A stretch of 57,146 nucleotides of DNA, the filler included, from Bipalium vagum (taxonomy: Eukaryota): the NCBI GenBank assembly GCA_037834085.1. It is 3 parts of 3 records of this genome, joined end to end, with 100 filler letters (N's around TTAATTAATTAA, not from the genome) between each part and the next. Parts side by side here need not be neighbours in the genome. Positions count along the whole stretch, not along the records: positions 20,128 to 39,268 come from JBBMKC010009114.1; 2 more parts are not named here. The stretch is one strand, 5' to 3'. Within the stretch, counting starts at the first letter, position 1; each line of letters opens with the position of its first letter. The notes under the pieces were generated by a model. The model saw only the letters and a program-made list of their open reading frames with translations. It was not told the DNA's origin and ran no database searches. A program made the position numbers and the translations under genes. Positions 22,460 through 35,986 of the stretch are shown in pieces.

Positions 22460-25169
22460 AAATATTGACTGATTTTGTCAATAAGACATTCCCTTATCCT
22501 CTGAAAAAATCTATATTAAGTAATACCAGCCAGATAAGGCTCATAAGACTACTATGGAAGATTAATCAAAACAAGTTTCTGGTTTTTCAAATAAAAATAA
22601 ATCTGATAGGATTGTGGAAATACAAGAGATTCGTTAAAAAATATTTTATTTTATTCACCAGAAATGTTTCCTTTTATTAAATTGCATTGTTTTTTAAAAT
22701 AAATTATAACAAAAAACTAACGTTTAAAAGACCTGCAGGCATCAGCTTTAAGAATTTTGTCAGTCGAAATAAGTAACGGTTTCTGAATACTTTCCTGAAT
22801 ATTAAATAAAATCTAATAATTTCTAAACGTTAAAAATTAATGGGAAAAAAGGAAATACGCCCAAATGAAATTAATTAAGAAAATTGTCAGTATCAGTTCA
22901 ACTTTAGCGTTAAAAATTTCCAAAAAAAAAGGATTAAAAATATTATCTATTAATATTGACAAAGAAATCAATAACAATTTTTATTTCACTTTAAAATTGA
23001 TTATTTTGATAATCAGAAAATGTTTTTAATAATTTAAATACTACTCATATAAGAAAAATAAAATATTTTGAAACGAATTAAGTCTTGGGAATAATGGAAT
23101 AATTTTGTTTAGAAACCAAGTTTCGTTTTTTGAAAAATAAATAAACTTTTAATCACTTTGGCATTGCAAATGTTAATTAATTTCGGTATAATAGAAATTT
23201 TTTCTTTTTTTAACATTAATTAAAACAAAATTAAATGAAATTATTTCCAAAATGTAAGAGAATAAATGTGTTCAAAAATCGATGTCATTAAGAAATGTTA
23301 ATTGAATTCTTAAATGAATTCTTAAATGAATTATATTGTCAATTTTTCTGAAATATTTTTTCCTATTTAATTTATCTTGAATATATTTACCATAAACGAT
23401 AAAAGAAGCTAAAACATTAGTCTTCGATTTATTTTTGAAGGGGTTAAATTGATTATTAATTTTAAATTATTTTTTATACAGAGTTTATTAAATTTGTGAA
23501 ATATCAATAAAAAATTTAGAAGATGGTGAAATTAATAAATAAGAATAGAATATTGAAGCTTCGACACAATATAAAATTTTTACTTTTCATCTTCCATTTG
23601 TCTTGTAAAAAGGAGGACAATTTTAAAATGAAATAGATTGATGAATTCTAACAATTATAAATGTCTAATCATCAAATTTCTCTTTTCAAACTCTTTACTT
23701 TCGTATTGATTTATTCCTTTAAGCTGTCATTTTAAAGGAAAAAATTGTCAAACACAATGAAAAATGATTTATATAACCATACATTATTCCTATAATGATG
23801 TTAATAACAACATTAAAGTTACATTAATAATAAAATTCACCTTTCTCACTTGAACTTCATATTTTATTACATTATACCACCTAAATTTAAAAAGGGAAAA
23901 TTTATTTTATTTTTTCTTGCTACTTTCTTTTATACTTCCTTAAGCAAACGGAAAGACTTTATCTAATTACTTCTGCTCGAATTTTTTAATAATTTGCTGA
24001 TGTTGTCTAACTTCTTGAAAAATTTAGACAGCTTCATTGTTACTAAAGAAACAATTTCATTTATTGATGAAAGATATTAATAAAATATCATCATTATCTT
24101 ATAGGAAAATACAGATCTTTACAAATATCCTATCCAATACAATTTTTCTTTATTCTTAAAGAATAAATAAAAATGACCAAAAATTTATATAAATTAATAA
24201 AGAAGAATTAATGAATTAATCATTGCGTGTGTACAGTAATATTGTTTGTCTACAATTTTTAAAAACATAAATTTGTATCTATCGTTTCACTATAATATTA
24301 TTAGAATTATTTACAATAAAATAATTATTATTACTTTATAATAAAATCTTACATAAACACGCTGAGAAGATGAATAAGCACTACAGGTTTGAATAAAATA
24401 TATTTAATGTGATACACAGTTAAACAATGTATATTTACGATGATAACAATTAATATTAATCCTTGAGATAATCTCGCTTGTTTATAACTTTATCTTAATA
24501 CTCAGGAAACTTTTCAACTCATTGTTCGAAATATCTGTATAATTTTGACAATATGAATTCTACGATCCGATTTTAAAACACCATCTTTAAAGAATTTTTC
24601 AAACTTACGAGTCTAAAATGAGAGGAAGAGATAATAATCTTTTGGGATTAGGTCATTCAAAAAAAACTAACGTAACAAAATCAATTAATATTTTATATAT
24701 TATGAATTTATATATTTATATTTCTTGTGAGTCATTTCAATTCCAAGTACATTCCAAGGTTTCAGTATTAAAACAGACATTAAAAGACTAAGGAGAGCGG
24801 AAAAATCATAAAAGAGGACGTCTTCAAAATGATCATGTATTTCATAAGTGTAAAATTTTGAAAAATAGCACCTGTTAAACAAAAAATTGTATTAGTAAAA
24901 ATTACTTATATTATAAGAATTTATTTATTAAATTTTTTATATATTTCTAAATCAAAAAGATTTATAAAGAATTTGATTATAATAATTAGAGATAGAAATT
25001 ATTTGCTAAACATTAAAAAAAATATTTTTTATTGAAACAAATAATTTTATGAATTATAATAACGCCAAAACAATTAAAAAAAATTGGAACATAAGGAAAT
25101 TCTATAAATGAAAGTATTGATCAAGAGGTTCATAAAATCAATTCTTACAAACACGTAGACATGGATATG
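22460..25169 (-). CDS. candidate 5' small exons of the glypican
   Basis: Candidate exons: 25169-25149 (ISMSTC); 24871 to ~24775 or 24751 (CYF...HFEDVL); from 24612 (TRKFEKFFKD, resembling glypican KKFDEFF); 24380-24353 (AYSSSQRVY); 22500-22460 (RIRECLIDKISQY, C5-like; its phase-2 donor GTAAAT matches the phase-2 acceptor at 17569). The full splice path and signal peptide were not resolved. Confidence 0.45.
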
Positions 25170-25459
25170 CTATTGATAGTTTAAAAACTCAAACGTCCTC
25201 ATGTCTTTAAATTTTATATTGATTTTTTTCTGCTTTTGAAAATATATTAAAATTAAAATCAAAACAGAATAGCATAAAAATTTATAATATCATTGGCTTG
25301 AACTTCCTTTATATACTATTTTCTAAACGACTTTTAAATAGAATTTCATTTTTATAAAACCCAATAATGGATAGTGAGGTCAGACTGTATTCACGTTTTT
25401 AAATCGATAAGTAACAGTAGACACCAAACATTAGTTGACTTTTATTAAAATGACAATTT

Positions 25460-28400
25460 CTACGACGACATTAAATATTTCTGTAAAATGTCGAATACCA
25501 AAAAATATTAAAAATCACTCAATTTTTAATAACATTAATACTAATTAAACTTGTTTAAGTTATAAGAAAATTATTAAATACTAATACATTAATTAATATT
25601 AAATAATAAATAAATACGAGATAATATTTAATGATAATAAGTAATACTAATACAATAATGTTTATTATAATGTATTTTATATTAATAAATTTCTAAAAAC
25701 TTCATTTAAATAAAATATGCAATAGGCAAATTTTAGAAAACATTACTTACTTATTATAAACAGAAATAAAATTTTTAAATTATTTTTTATTTCAAAAAAT
25801 TCTTATTATTAATTAAAAATTAAAAAGTATTTTTAAAATTATTAATTTACATTTTCATTTAAGTATTAATAATTTAAAATCATTTTTAATGATTTGTGTG
25901 ATTAATTTTTATTAGTTATTCTTCACATAAATATTTCTTTAACTTCGGATTACTGAATAAACCACTTAAAGATTACATTCTTTCATGGTTTAGCACTTTT
26001 TGGGCCATTTTCGCCTTCCAAGCATTGTCAAAATATTATTATTCTTTCAAATTTCATTTTGTCATTTTAATTGTTTGAATTATGTTGTGTAATTTTAAAA
26101 TAATTATTTTAGAGAGAAAACAAACATCTTTTCAATAAAAAAAATTGATTAAACGTTAATTTTTCAAAATCGAAACTGATTTAATTAAAACTGATTTATT
26201 TTAATTCCATATCTTTATCGATTTTAATTTTTATCAGGTTCAGCAGACTTTTTATTATCATAAAAGGTTCATAAAAATGAGCTACATATAAAATACTTAT
26301 ATTATTCAGAAAATTATCAGAATCATTTTTAATTATATATAATATCACCACAATAATAAACTATTATTATTATTATTTTAATAATTATATTTTATAATTT
26401 GTAATTAATTTAAAACGGAGTAAACTTTTTAAATATAAAAAAGAAATTCAATTACTTTGGTCCACTTCAATAATTTATCCAAGGGCTGATCTTTACGAAA
26501 AAGTTCAGAATTCCATCCTGGTAATGGACCTCTATATTGAGGAATGATGAGTCCAACAGAAGTAGGAGATAAAGGCCTATCAGCAAATCCACCCATTGTT
26601 CCACGATAATATCTGCCTGTTTGTAGAATCCCAGACAGAATATCATTAGGAGGACTAATCATATGTACTTCTTAGGTATCAATTTGATTAAGTAATGATC
26701 AAAATAATATCAACAAACTTTTTTTATTCAAGTCAATATTAATACTTTGTTCTGATTGCGGTCTTCTAAGGCAAAAGGTTTCTGGCTGAGGTCCTATATT
26801 TTGTGATGTTATTCTACTCACTCTAATTGGTTGTTGGTTGAACTTGGCATTTTGATTTGTCATATAATAATTAGATGTTGGTGGATAGTCATAAGCTGGG
26901 AACCCATTTAAAGGATTTATGGGACTAAACCCAGAGTATGTCAACCCATTATTGATATTTAAGTTTTTATTGGAAAGTTCTAAAGAAAAAAACTTAAAAA
27001 GGTAACAAAGACATTTGTAAAAATGTGAAAATCTTTCAAGAAAGATCTTTATCATAGCATAAGTCATCCGCAATGCATGAAATTATTCATAAATTTAGAA
27101 AAAAGATTCAGAAAATTAAGTATTTTAGCCTCAATAATCAAAAATCCGAGCAAGAAATTTTATTATTTAAACAAAATTTTATACAGATTCGTTGTTCAAT
27201 TATTATATCCATACTAAATTTCGCAATAATGATTCTTTCTGTATTATTTTAAACCTAAAAAAGAAAATCTCGTAAGCGTTTCTGTCAATTTTGAAGGATA
27301 TTTGTGTCTGTATAAAACCAAAAAATCATAAGAAATAGTGAATTTTAAATACATTTAAAATTAAATTTAATTTACTTCTTATACACACTATTATACATGG
27401 TGGGCAAACAGTAGGGCACCAAAATATAAGAAAATTTATTTGTTAAGTGCATCAAATTATTACAATTTGACGAGGTATGATTAAATTTATTGTTAATTAC
27501 ATTTTATTTTATATCTATCATTTATATTATTGATATTATGACGTTATCATTTGATCAACGAGTTGAACTCAAATTTATGTGTGGTCGCGATGGTACTACA
27601 AATAGATCTGTGACTAAAAGATTTAATTAAATGTTTCTCACACAATAGTTGGGCAACTGCTGACTAAATTTCGGGAAACTGGCAATGTCCTAGACAAGCC
27701 AAAGAGAGGATGGTCCCGAATTCTTGAAGAAACACACATGCGCGTAATTCAAAAACATCAGAAAAGCACAATGAAATCCGTGCGGCGATCTTCACTTTTT
27801 GCCTACCATGTATATAAATTTCGCTTAGTTTAAAAATTTTTTTTGAAAAATGAATTTCGTGTAATGATACATTGAAAAAAATATATAAAAACATCAAAAA
27901 ACTTTAATTAGTGAGAAGATATGTTTCAAACCATTAAGATTTTACTGTCTGTACGGTGACCTTTCAACTGCAAAATTCAGTTTTAGAAAAACTGAGAACA
28001 GTTTCGTAATAAACACAGAATCGAGTGTAATGAAAATTTCTGGATGCCGGTGCTTTAACATCAGACATCTTCCTCCAAATTAATATAATCACTAACTTTG
28101 TTTTTGTTAATTTTTTCTAACAAAGAAATTCTCAAGTTCAAATAATCAATAATCAAAATAAGGAAGGCTGAGTAAGATAAGAGGTTTTTTGAATCCCAAA
28201 AAATTATATATACATATCGTAATTGATTATTAAAAGCAATCAAATAAAAAAATATTGTTCACTAGACTAATATACTATATTTTAATGGGTTCCATTTAGC
28301 AGACAATATGGGAAAACCTTTGAGTTTTAATTATTTATAAAATTGATATTTTGATATTTACCAGTCATCAATGGAAAAAGTAGATAAAAGCAGAACAGTA

Positions 28401-31400
28401 AAAAAGTTGTTTATAAAAAATTATTTATTCGGATTCAAAGGGACTTTATTCCTAAACTAAATTTCACGAAAACTCTAAAAGCAAATTTAGGTTGCAATTT
28501 CATAGCCAAAATTGACAATTTTAAGAATCATTTTTGTGCATGAACTTTCGAACGACATTTTTGACAATTATTTTTAATTTGGTGATTTTATGAAATTATA
28601 AAATTAACTGAAATAATATTAATACTAATGACATTAATACTTTAATACAAGGTAACAGTTGATAATCTGTATCCATTTTTATAATGTTTAAAAGAAATTT
28701 TTGTTTGGTGAATTGAAAAAATATATATATATAATAAAATAAGTTATCATTTACTAAATATATTAAGATTTTTTATTTTAATTATTATTATTAGGGTGAA
28801 CCAAAAGTTCGCGCATTTTTAGACCAAAATTTCAACATTTAACAAAAAACAAAATAAAAATCAAATTTCAAAAATAAATCCTCTTTGATTTTACTGTCTT
28901 AAGCCATCTATTGGCAAATTATTCGATGTTACTTTTTTGTTCCGTTTTGATATCCCTTATATCACTGAAAGAGCTTCCTCGCAAAATATGTGCCATTGAC
29001 CGGAATAGGTAAAAGTCAGATGATGTGAGATCAGGGCTGTGAGCTGGATGCAGTAATAATTCAATACCATGTAGTTCTTTGATTTTTTCCTTAGTCTTTC
29101 TGGCCGTATGTGCTTTGGCATTGTCTTTCTGCAAATATATTTTCGGTTTACCATTGAAGAGCATTTCTCGCATAAAACCTCATACATTCGTTCAAGCTGA
29201 GCGCAATAGACATCCGCATTGATAAATTCTCTGTTTGGAAGCACCTCAAAATGGATTACACCTTGGTAGTTCTACCAAAAGCACAATAAAACCTTTTCTG
29301 AGAACCTGTTCCGTTTTGGCACAAATTTTGCTGTTTGACCTAGATACGACCTTGTACAACCATTGTTTTTTGCTGTCAGCATTGTAGAAATATATCCACT
29401 TTTCATCACAAGTGACTACTTTTCTAAAGAAACGTTCGTGACAAAGATTTTTCAATAATTTCTGACATCTGTTGTTTAGCCTGACTTTTATTTTATTGAT
29501 GAGGAACTTCTCGACCGCTTTGTTGACTTTTACAAGTTCATGAAGGTGTGCCGGACTATGGATGTTTTAGGAATATCTAACTCATGTGATAGCACACGAC
29601 TGCTGGTTGATGGATTATTTTCAAATGCATCGAGTATTGCCTTTTAATTAACGGTTCTACGTAGTCCAGAACGTCAGTAATCCTCGAGATATTTATGACT
29701 TTCATTGAATGTTTTAAACCATTTTTGAGCTGTGGGAATGGATACGATACATCTTCCTTCAATATCACATATTTTTGTAGCGGCTTCCTTGGCATTTATA
29801 TATTGCTTCCAATAATGGCGCAAAAGCATCCGAATTTCAAAATTGTCCATATTGCTAAAATATGAAAAAAAAAATTCTTAGAAAAATGTTTAAAACCGAT
29901 TTTATCTAATATTAAAGACAATTTAAAAACGAATAAAATTATTTCTTAATGCGACCAATAAAATCTATGGTCCTTAAAAAATACTTTATTTACAGTATAC
30001 AAAAAACACGAATTTTTGGTTCACCTTAATATTATCATCATCATTAAAATATTAATTCTCGATTTTCATAAAAGTGAATTCACGCAATAACAATAACAAG
30101 GTTATTACAGATAGTGAAATTTAACATTATTAAATTTGACAGGAATTAAATTAAATACTCACTAAAAGATAAACAACTCAGTCTTGACATCATTATGTTT
30201 AGGAAAATACGTTGTAGGAGACGGAAAAAAATAAAAGAAACTATATTCAAATAAAATGAAATATAGTCGAATTTTAGTCTGTGTTTTTATGAGATAAATT
30301 AGGAAAAAAATTGGGTTTTTTAAAATTTTAAGATAGATTGTAATAATCAAATAACAGAACAAATAAAAATAAAATTCTTAAAATTTATCATTAATTTGAA
30401 AGATGTCAGAAAAATATATTTTAATTAGAAAATAAAACAATTAAAATAAAACTTAATTGATTCCTCAGGAAAAACTTGAATTAAAAATGAAAACTTCAAC
30501 TAAAAATTATATTTTCGAAATCTTGAATTTAACGAACATACTTTAATATTGATTAAAAATATCAATAATTAAAGAGCATTTATTAGAAAAATAAGGAAAT
30601 AAAAGCAAATGACAAAAGTTTCAGCGTTAATTTGTCCGATTTATACGATTTTCTAAAAGGTAGTCAATGATAATTTTAAAACCTAAATAAATTTATATGG
30701 TTTTAAAATTTTTATTGTTTTATTAAATAATAAATTAGAACAGTGATCTAGAGTTGAGAAGTTTAATAGCATATTTATATAATTATATATATATTTTATA
30801 TAATATTTTTATATTTTAACACAATTGAAAATATATTTATTATTAACAGTATTACTCTAAAATTTATTTTTTAAAAATCTGTATATTATAATTTACTTTT
30901 CTAAAAAAATCCAGACTAATAAAATTTCCTGAACAAAGTTATTTAGTTTAATTATTTAATATTATGAAAATAAATTTAGTATATGTTTTTAAAATATAAT
31001 TGTTATTATGAATAATAAAATATTTTATTCTTCGTTATTTCAACTATTTCTTTACAACAAAAATAATTATATAATTTAATTCCTTTAAGATTAAATGAAA
31101 AAATATTAAGAATAAATTGATAGTGACTTGCATTAATGATTAAAACTTCTTAATCAAACTTTATTTTTCACATCTTTAATAATGTTGATTATTATATTTA
31201 TTATTATTAATTTTTTTAATTTCTTTTTGTTTTTATTATGTTTTTATAATTGTATAAAATCTTCTGTTAAAAATAAAAATACATATTATTTAGATTTTAA
31301 ATTTCCTAAATGTCAAAGTAATTAAATGTTTATTAAAAAATTTTGAAATCAAATTTCCTAATTATTTTACCAGTACATCATATGAAAAATATTTTATTTA

Positions 31401-34400
31401 TTTTGTAATTTATAGAATTTTTATTATCACAGAAAAATAATATAGAAAATAAATTAATAATAATTACATTAAACAAACATTTTATATAATAGAATTTATT
31501 TTCAAATTCACTTAAGTTAGTTTCAATGTTTTTTTATTATTTCATTTGTGAATTTTATTCATTTAAAGTGATATGTTGCAGTTTTCAATAGCAATATGTT
31601 ATATAGCTACATTCAAACCTGAAACTACAATATTAGGATGCAAATTTTTTTTATAATTCTCTGTATAACAGTGAATTTTTCTAGCAAATTCTAGAAAACA
31701 ATATACTAATATTAAAAATAAAATTATAATTCATTACCACATCAATAGGAAACAAAACTGAGTTACTGATAAAAATATATTAAATTTATAAATAAAAAAG
31801 AAATTATATTAAAAAAATATTAAGTATTATATCAATTAAAATTTTACAAAAATCTGTAAAGAATATCTGATTTTTTTTCGAAATAATTATATATTACCAT
31901 AAGATATAATGATAAAATTTAACAACGGAAATCAACATTAGTTGAACCAAAAATCCTAAATGAAAGAAAATATTCAGTATTTTAAAGAAAACCCATTAAA
32001 ATTTCAATTGATAATATTTATAACAAATAAATATAATAAAAAAATACTGGAATTTTGAGTAAAATTAATTAAATTTTAACAGAAAAAAATTCATAGAATT
32101 AAAATTTTTGAGTTCAGTAAGCTCCCTTATAAAAGTAATCAATAATAATAAAATAATAAAAATGGTATTGAATTTCTAATTAACTTGAAATTAAGGAATA
32201 AACCATAGAAAAGATTAAATCATTAACTATCTTTCATGCTAATTTTATGGGTGTGTCTTTTTCTAAAGATAAGTTTCATTTACCTCACTTCACAATCGAA
32301 AGTTTTTTACCAGTTTCAAAAATTTCTTCAGTTATCAGAATAGAATTAATAATTGAAATTGATTAAAATTATGAAAACTGATTTTGAAATAGGACATAAG
32401 AAATGAAAATTTGTTAATAATATTATTATTATTATTGATGTGATTATTAATAAACTACTGGAGTGCCTCGTATACAAAGGATTAGGCCTTACCTATAGAT
32501 AGTTCTACAAGATATTGGTGACGTGCTTATTCTTGGTAATTAACGCTATTCTATATTCAATTAATTTATTAATAAAATATTACTGAAAATCTCAAATAAA
32601 AATTTTTAAATAATAAATTTGGTTAAGTATGAGCACTTAAAAAAGTAAAGTTATTTTAATAAATTTAATATTCATAGACTATTAAATATAACTCACCTTG
32701 TCTCTGTACCTCTGCTCCACTATTTTTAACTGTCCGATTTAACAAAGTCTGTCCATGCATTACTCCACTGGTATTCATTATCGATTCTGAACTAGCACCA
32801 GACAATGAGGTCCGACTATGACACCATTGTTGGCTTGTCAAAGTTTTGCTTCCGCTAATTGATTGAATATTTTGCGAATTATTCACAGCATCGTGCAAGA
32901 AATCATTGCTGCTCAACTTTCGGCGTACTAGACACATCATATCTTTATCATTAAAATTCTTAAGTTTTTTCTTTCACCTGCAGTTTTGTTAACTGACTCT
33001 ATTGGTTGGATAATTGACTCTGCCTCAGCTCCTCTACGTGGTACAGATCTCGGATTAGTTCTTGGAAATGGACGATGTTTTACTGAAGGTGTTGAGGACA
33101 GGCCCTGTAAAGTCTTAGATACTTCCTTTCTGGATGTAGCATTGTCATTTAAATGACAATGTGATGTAAATTTTGTTGATATTTCGTTATTTAAGCTCTA
33201 AAATAAAATAATTGTATTCGGTAAATTTTTTATTTTATTAAAAATACATGGTCTGTCTATAAAGTACCGAGACTGAATCAAAAAAGAATATTTATATATA
33301 TTTATTTATTTAATCCATTACATTTATAATTTATCTCCTTCAAAATATTCTCCTTTGACAGGCACACATCAAAGCATTCTTATTTTCCACTGGTGGAAGG
33401 TGTATTGAAGTTCATTTTCTGACAACTGTTGTAATAACTTTTCTGTTTTCATTTTAACAGCTTCTAAAGACAAAATGAGTTCCTTTTAGCACAGATTTTA
33501 TTTTTGAGAAAAGAAAAAAATCAGAGGGTGATAAATCATGGGAATATCGAGTGTTGTAATTCTTTGTCCAGTGTTGTAATTCTTTTTTCAACTAAAAACT
33601 GCTTTATAGAGAGGGCTGTGTGTGAAGGGGCATTAACCTTTATGTAGAAAGAAACAATGTTACAGGGGTTCTGGGCGTAACTTTTTGTCTCAATTTTATC
33701 AATAATTCTTTGTAATATTGCTGGTTCAATGTCTTACCCTCAAGTAACCACTCAGGCAAAATGATACCCCTGGATTTTTTGATTTTTGGAGAAGAGGGGG
33801 TTTTCAAATGACGGGTTGTCTTTTTGGTTTTGGATCGTATTGAAAGATCCAAGTTTCGTTACAAGTAATGACTTTTTAGAAGATCAAGATCTTCTTCAAT
33901 ATGCTCCAGCAGTGGCACAAATTTCCACGTGTCGTTCTTTTTATTCTGTTGTGAGAATTCTAGGAACCATTTTGGCACAAACTTTTTTCATATGGAGATC
34001 CTCTCGTAAAATTTTCCACACAGTGCCTTTATCAATAATTGTCATCTCAGAAATCATTCGGACACTCAGTCGACGGTCTGCTCGAACAATCTGGCCGATC
34101 TTTTCGTTGGTTCTTGATGTTGCCGGTCTCCCAGGTCGTTCGTCATCTTCCACCTCCTGATGATCTTAAGTGAATCTTTTGTGTCACTCGAACACTCTGG
34201 CGCGGGAGATGCAGTCCTCTTCATAAGCCTACATGATCATCTGCAAACACTTCGTTATTGTTTTGTTTAGTTTCACCAAGAATTTCGATGTTTATCTGTA
34301 CTAATTGTTATTTACCAAATTAAACTTTATGGTGTTTTACTATTATTTTTAATTCTTTAATTTTCGGCCTTCTAAATAAAAACAAGAAATTAAATTTTTT

Positions 34401-34788
34401 TATCATATAAATATTTGTAATCTTTTATATTAAAATTCGATGCAACAATACAAAGCAACAGTTTAATTTATTTTTCTAAATTATCATAAAATTTGTGATA
34501 GGTCACACTTGATAAAAAATATAAAAAATAATGGAAAAGTTAAATAACTTCTAACCGTACATTTTTCTTACCAAATGGCGGCGATTGAGAGATGTCTGCA
34601 GAGTGAGTTGCCTCTGTACTTATTGAATGAACCACAGGAGATCGAATTGGCTTTTGTACAGTTTTCACATCATTACTACGTTTAGCAGTTCCATAATGGA
34701 ACACTTTCCGAGCTTTCATAAATTCCAAATTATTATTTGTGTGAACTATTTTAGAAATTGATGGTTGAATTTTTTCTTTAGAATTGAT
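25460..34788 (-). CDS. unidentified multi-exon protein, Ser/Asn/Pro-rich and probably largely disordered
   Basis: GC-richer open blocks bounded by AG/GT: 34788 to ~34561, 33197-32978, 32942-32697 (donor G|GTGAGT), 26979-26719, and 26670-26456 (after a 48-nt intron). Candidate last exon 25480-25460 (KYLMSS*) with AATAAA 14 nt later. Phases are consistent from 32942 onward. The 5' end is unresolved (possibly the 37672-37899 block). No family recognised. Confidence 0.65.
27396..27810 (+). mobile_element. 415-bp internally deleted Tc1/mariner-superfamily element (DD41D/rosa-like N-terminus)
   Basis: TA|CATGGTGGGCAAACAGT...ACTTTTTGCCTACCATG|TA inverted ends. Interior reads MTLSFDQRVEL...LTKFRETGNVLDKPKRG. 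Confidence 0.85.
28791..30029 (-). mobile_element. full-length defective mariner
   Basis: TIRs TTAGGGTGAACCAAAAGTTCGCG and CACGAATTTTTGGTTCACCTTAA, with TA flanks. Fragments VVTCDEKWIYF, INADVYCAQL and KDNAKAHT...HPAHSPDLTSSDFYLFRSM. Confidence 0.95.
33247..34310 (-). mobile_element. defective irritans-type mariner within an intron
   Basis: TA|CATGGTCTGTCTATAAAGTACCGAGAC terminus. Peptides EDDERPGRP...KKVCAKMVPRILT and GKTLNQQYYKELL. Confidence 0.9.
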
Positions 34789-34818
34789 CTTTTAAATAAA
34801 ACATATTGCTAATTAATT

Positions 34819-34856
<38 letters not shown>

Positions 34857-35449
34857 CACAATTTTTAAAAAAATTAATACGTTTTAATCTTATTTATCAA
34901 TAGTCTAATTATTATAAAAGAACTTCTAAAAATATTAATAAAGAAATATTATAATTGCCTTTACACTGTTATATAATTAGATAGAATAAATTATTATTTA
35001 ATATTTCTACATTAGTAGAAAAAATTTAGAATTTTAAAAATTTTATCAACATGATATCAAAAAATTACAAAATTAGAATTTAAGTTTTAATTAATTAATC
35101 ATTTATTTATTTGTCATAAATTTAGATTATTTTTTTGTGTATAAATAATATTTGTTAAAAAAACTAGAATAATTTTCGTAACTAGAAAATTATTTATATA
35201 ATTCCATAAAATTAAAACCACATAAAAAAATCAAAAATTATTTTATTTTATAACCAAAAAAATCATTAATCTTTACATCGGAACAGCTATATTAAATCAC
35301 AGACATTGTCTGATTTACGAGCTTCAAATTTCTCATAGATAATAATTACAGAAAAAATCCAAAAAATTAAAGATGGTGTCATTATGAATTAATATTTTGG
35401 AAATCTAAAATAATTTTTCGGTTCATTGTTCAATTTTAATACAAATGCT

Positions 35450-35870
35450 TCTGTATGTGGTCCGGGGTACTGATTATTTAAAGTAACTTTCAAGGATCTC
35501 AGAAAAAATATCATATTCTATTTGTAATTAATTGCAAGTAATTGTAATTAACCACCTTTTTTATTCTGACGGACGGCTGATCAATTTGTGAAGTGTATAG
35601 TAAGTTAAATGTGTCCTTTACGAATTTCTCGTACCAATATTTTGCAGTAGTATTGTCAAAAACATGTTTTCCGTAAGCATTACAAATTTCCTGGACAATT
35701 TCAAATTTTCGGAACTCGATTAAAATAAAAATGTAATAGGTGGCGGAAAATGTGTTGTTGATAAATTTGAAATTGTCAATTTTAAATTTAATTGAATGAC
35801 AAAAAACTTTACTGTACTTTTCGAGTAGAAAAATTTTCAAATTAATGTATTTGGTATTAATCAAATATGA
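35450..35870 (-). mobile_element. mariner N-terminal fragment
   Basis: EICNAYGKHVFDNTTAKYWYEKF (HTH motif) in ORF 35511-35876. Confidence 0.6.
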
Positions 35871-35986
35871 TACCATATATTACAAAATTGTTATAAAATA
35901 ATAATTTTAATAAATAAAGCTGAAGTTAATAGATAAGTTATGTTAATAATCCCACTACTTTTTATATCAATTACTTATATATTATA

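Noticed and set aside
24788-24871. Alternative frame GAIFQNFTLMKYMIILKTSSFMIFPLSLVF* looking like a GPI tail
   Set aside because: AT-rich DNA easily yields hydrophobic peptides; the other frame fits the glypican order better.
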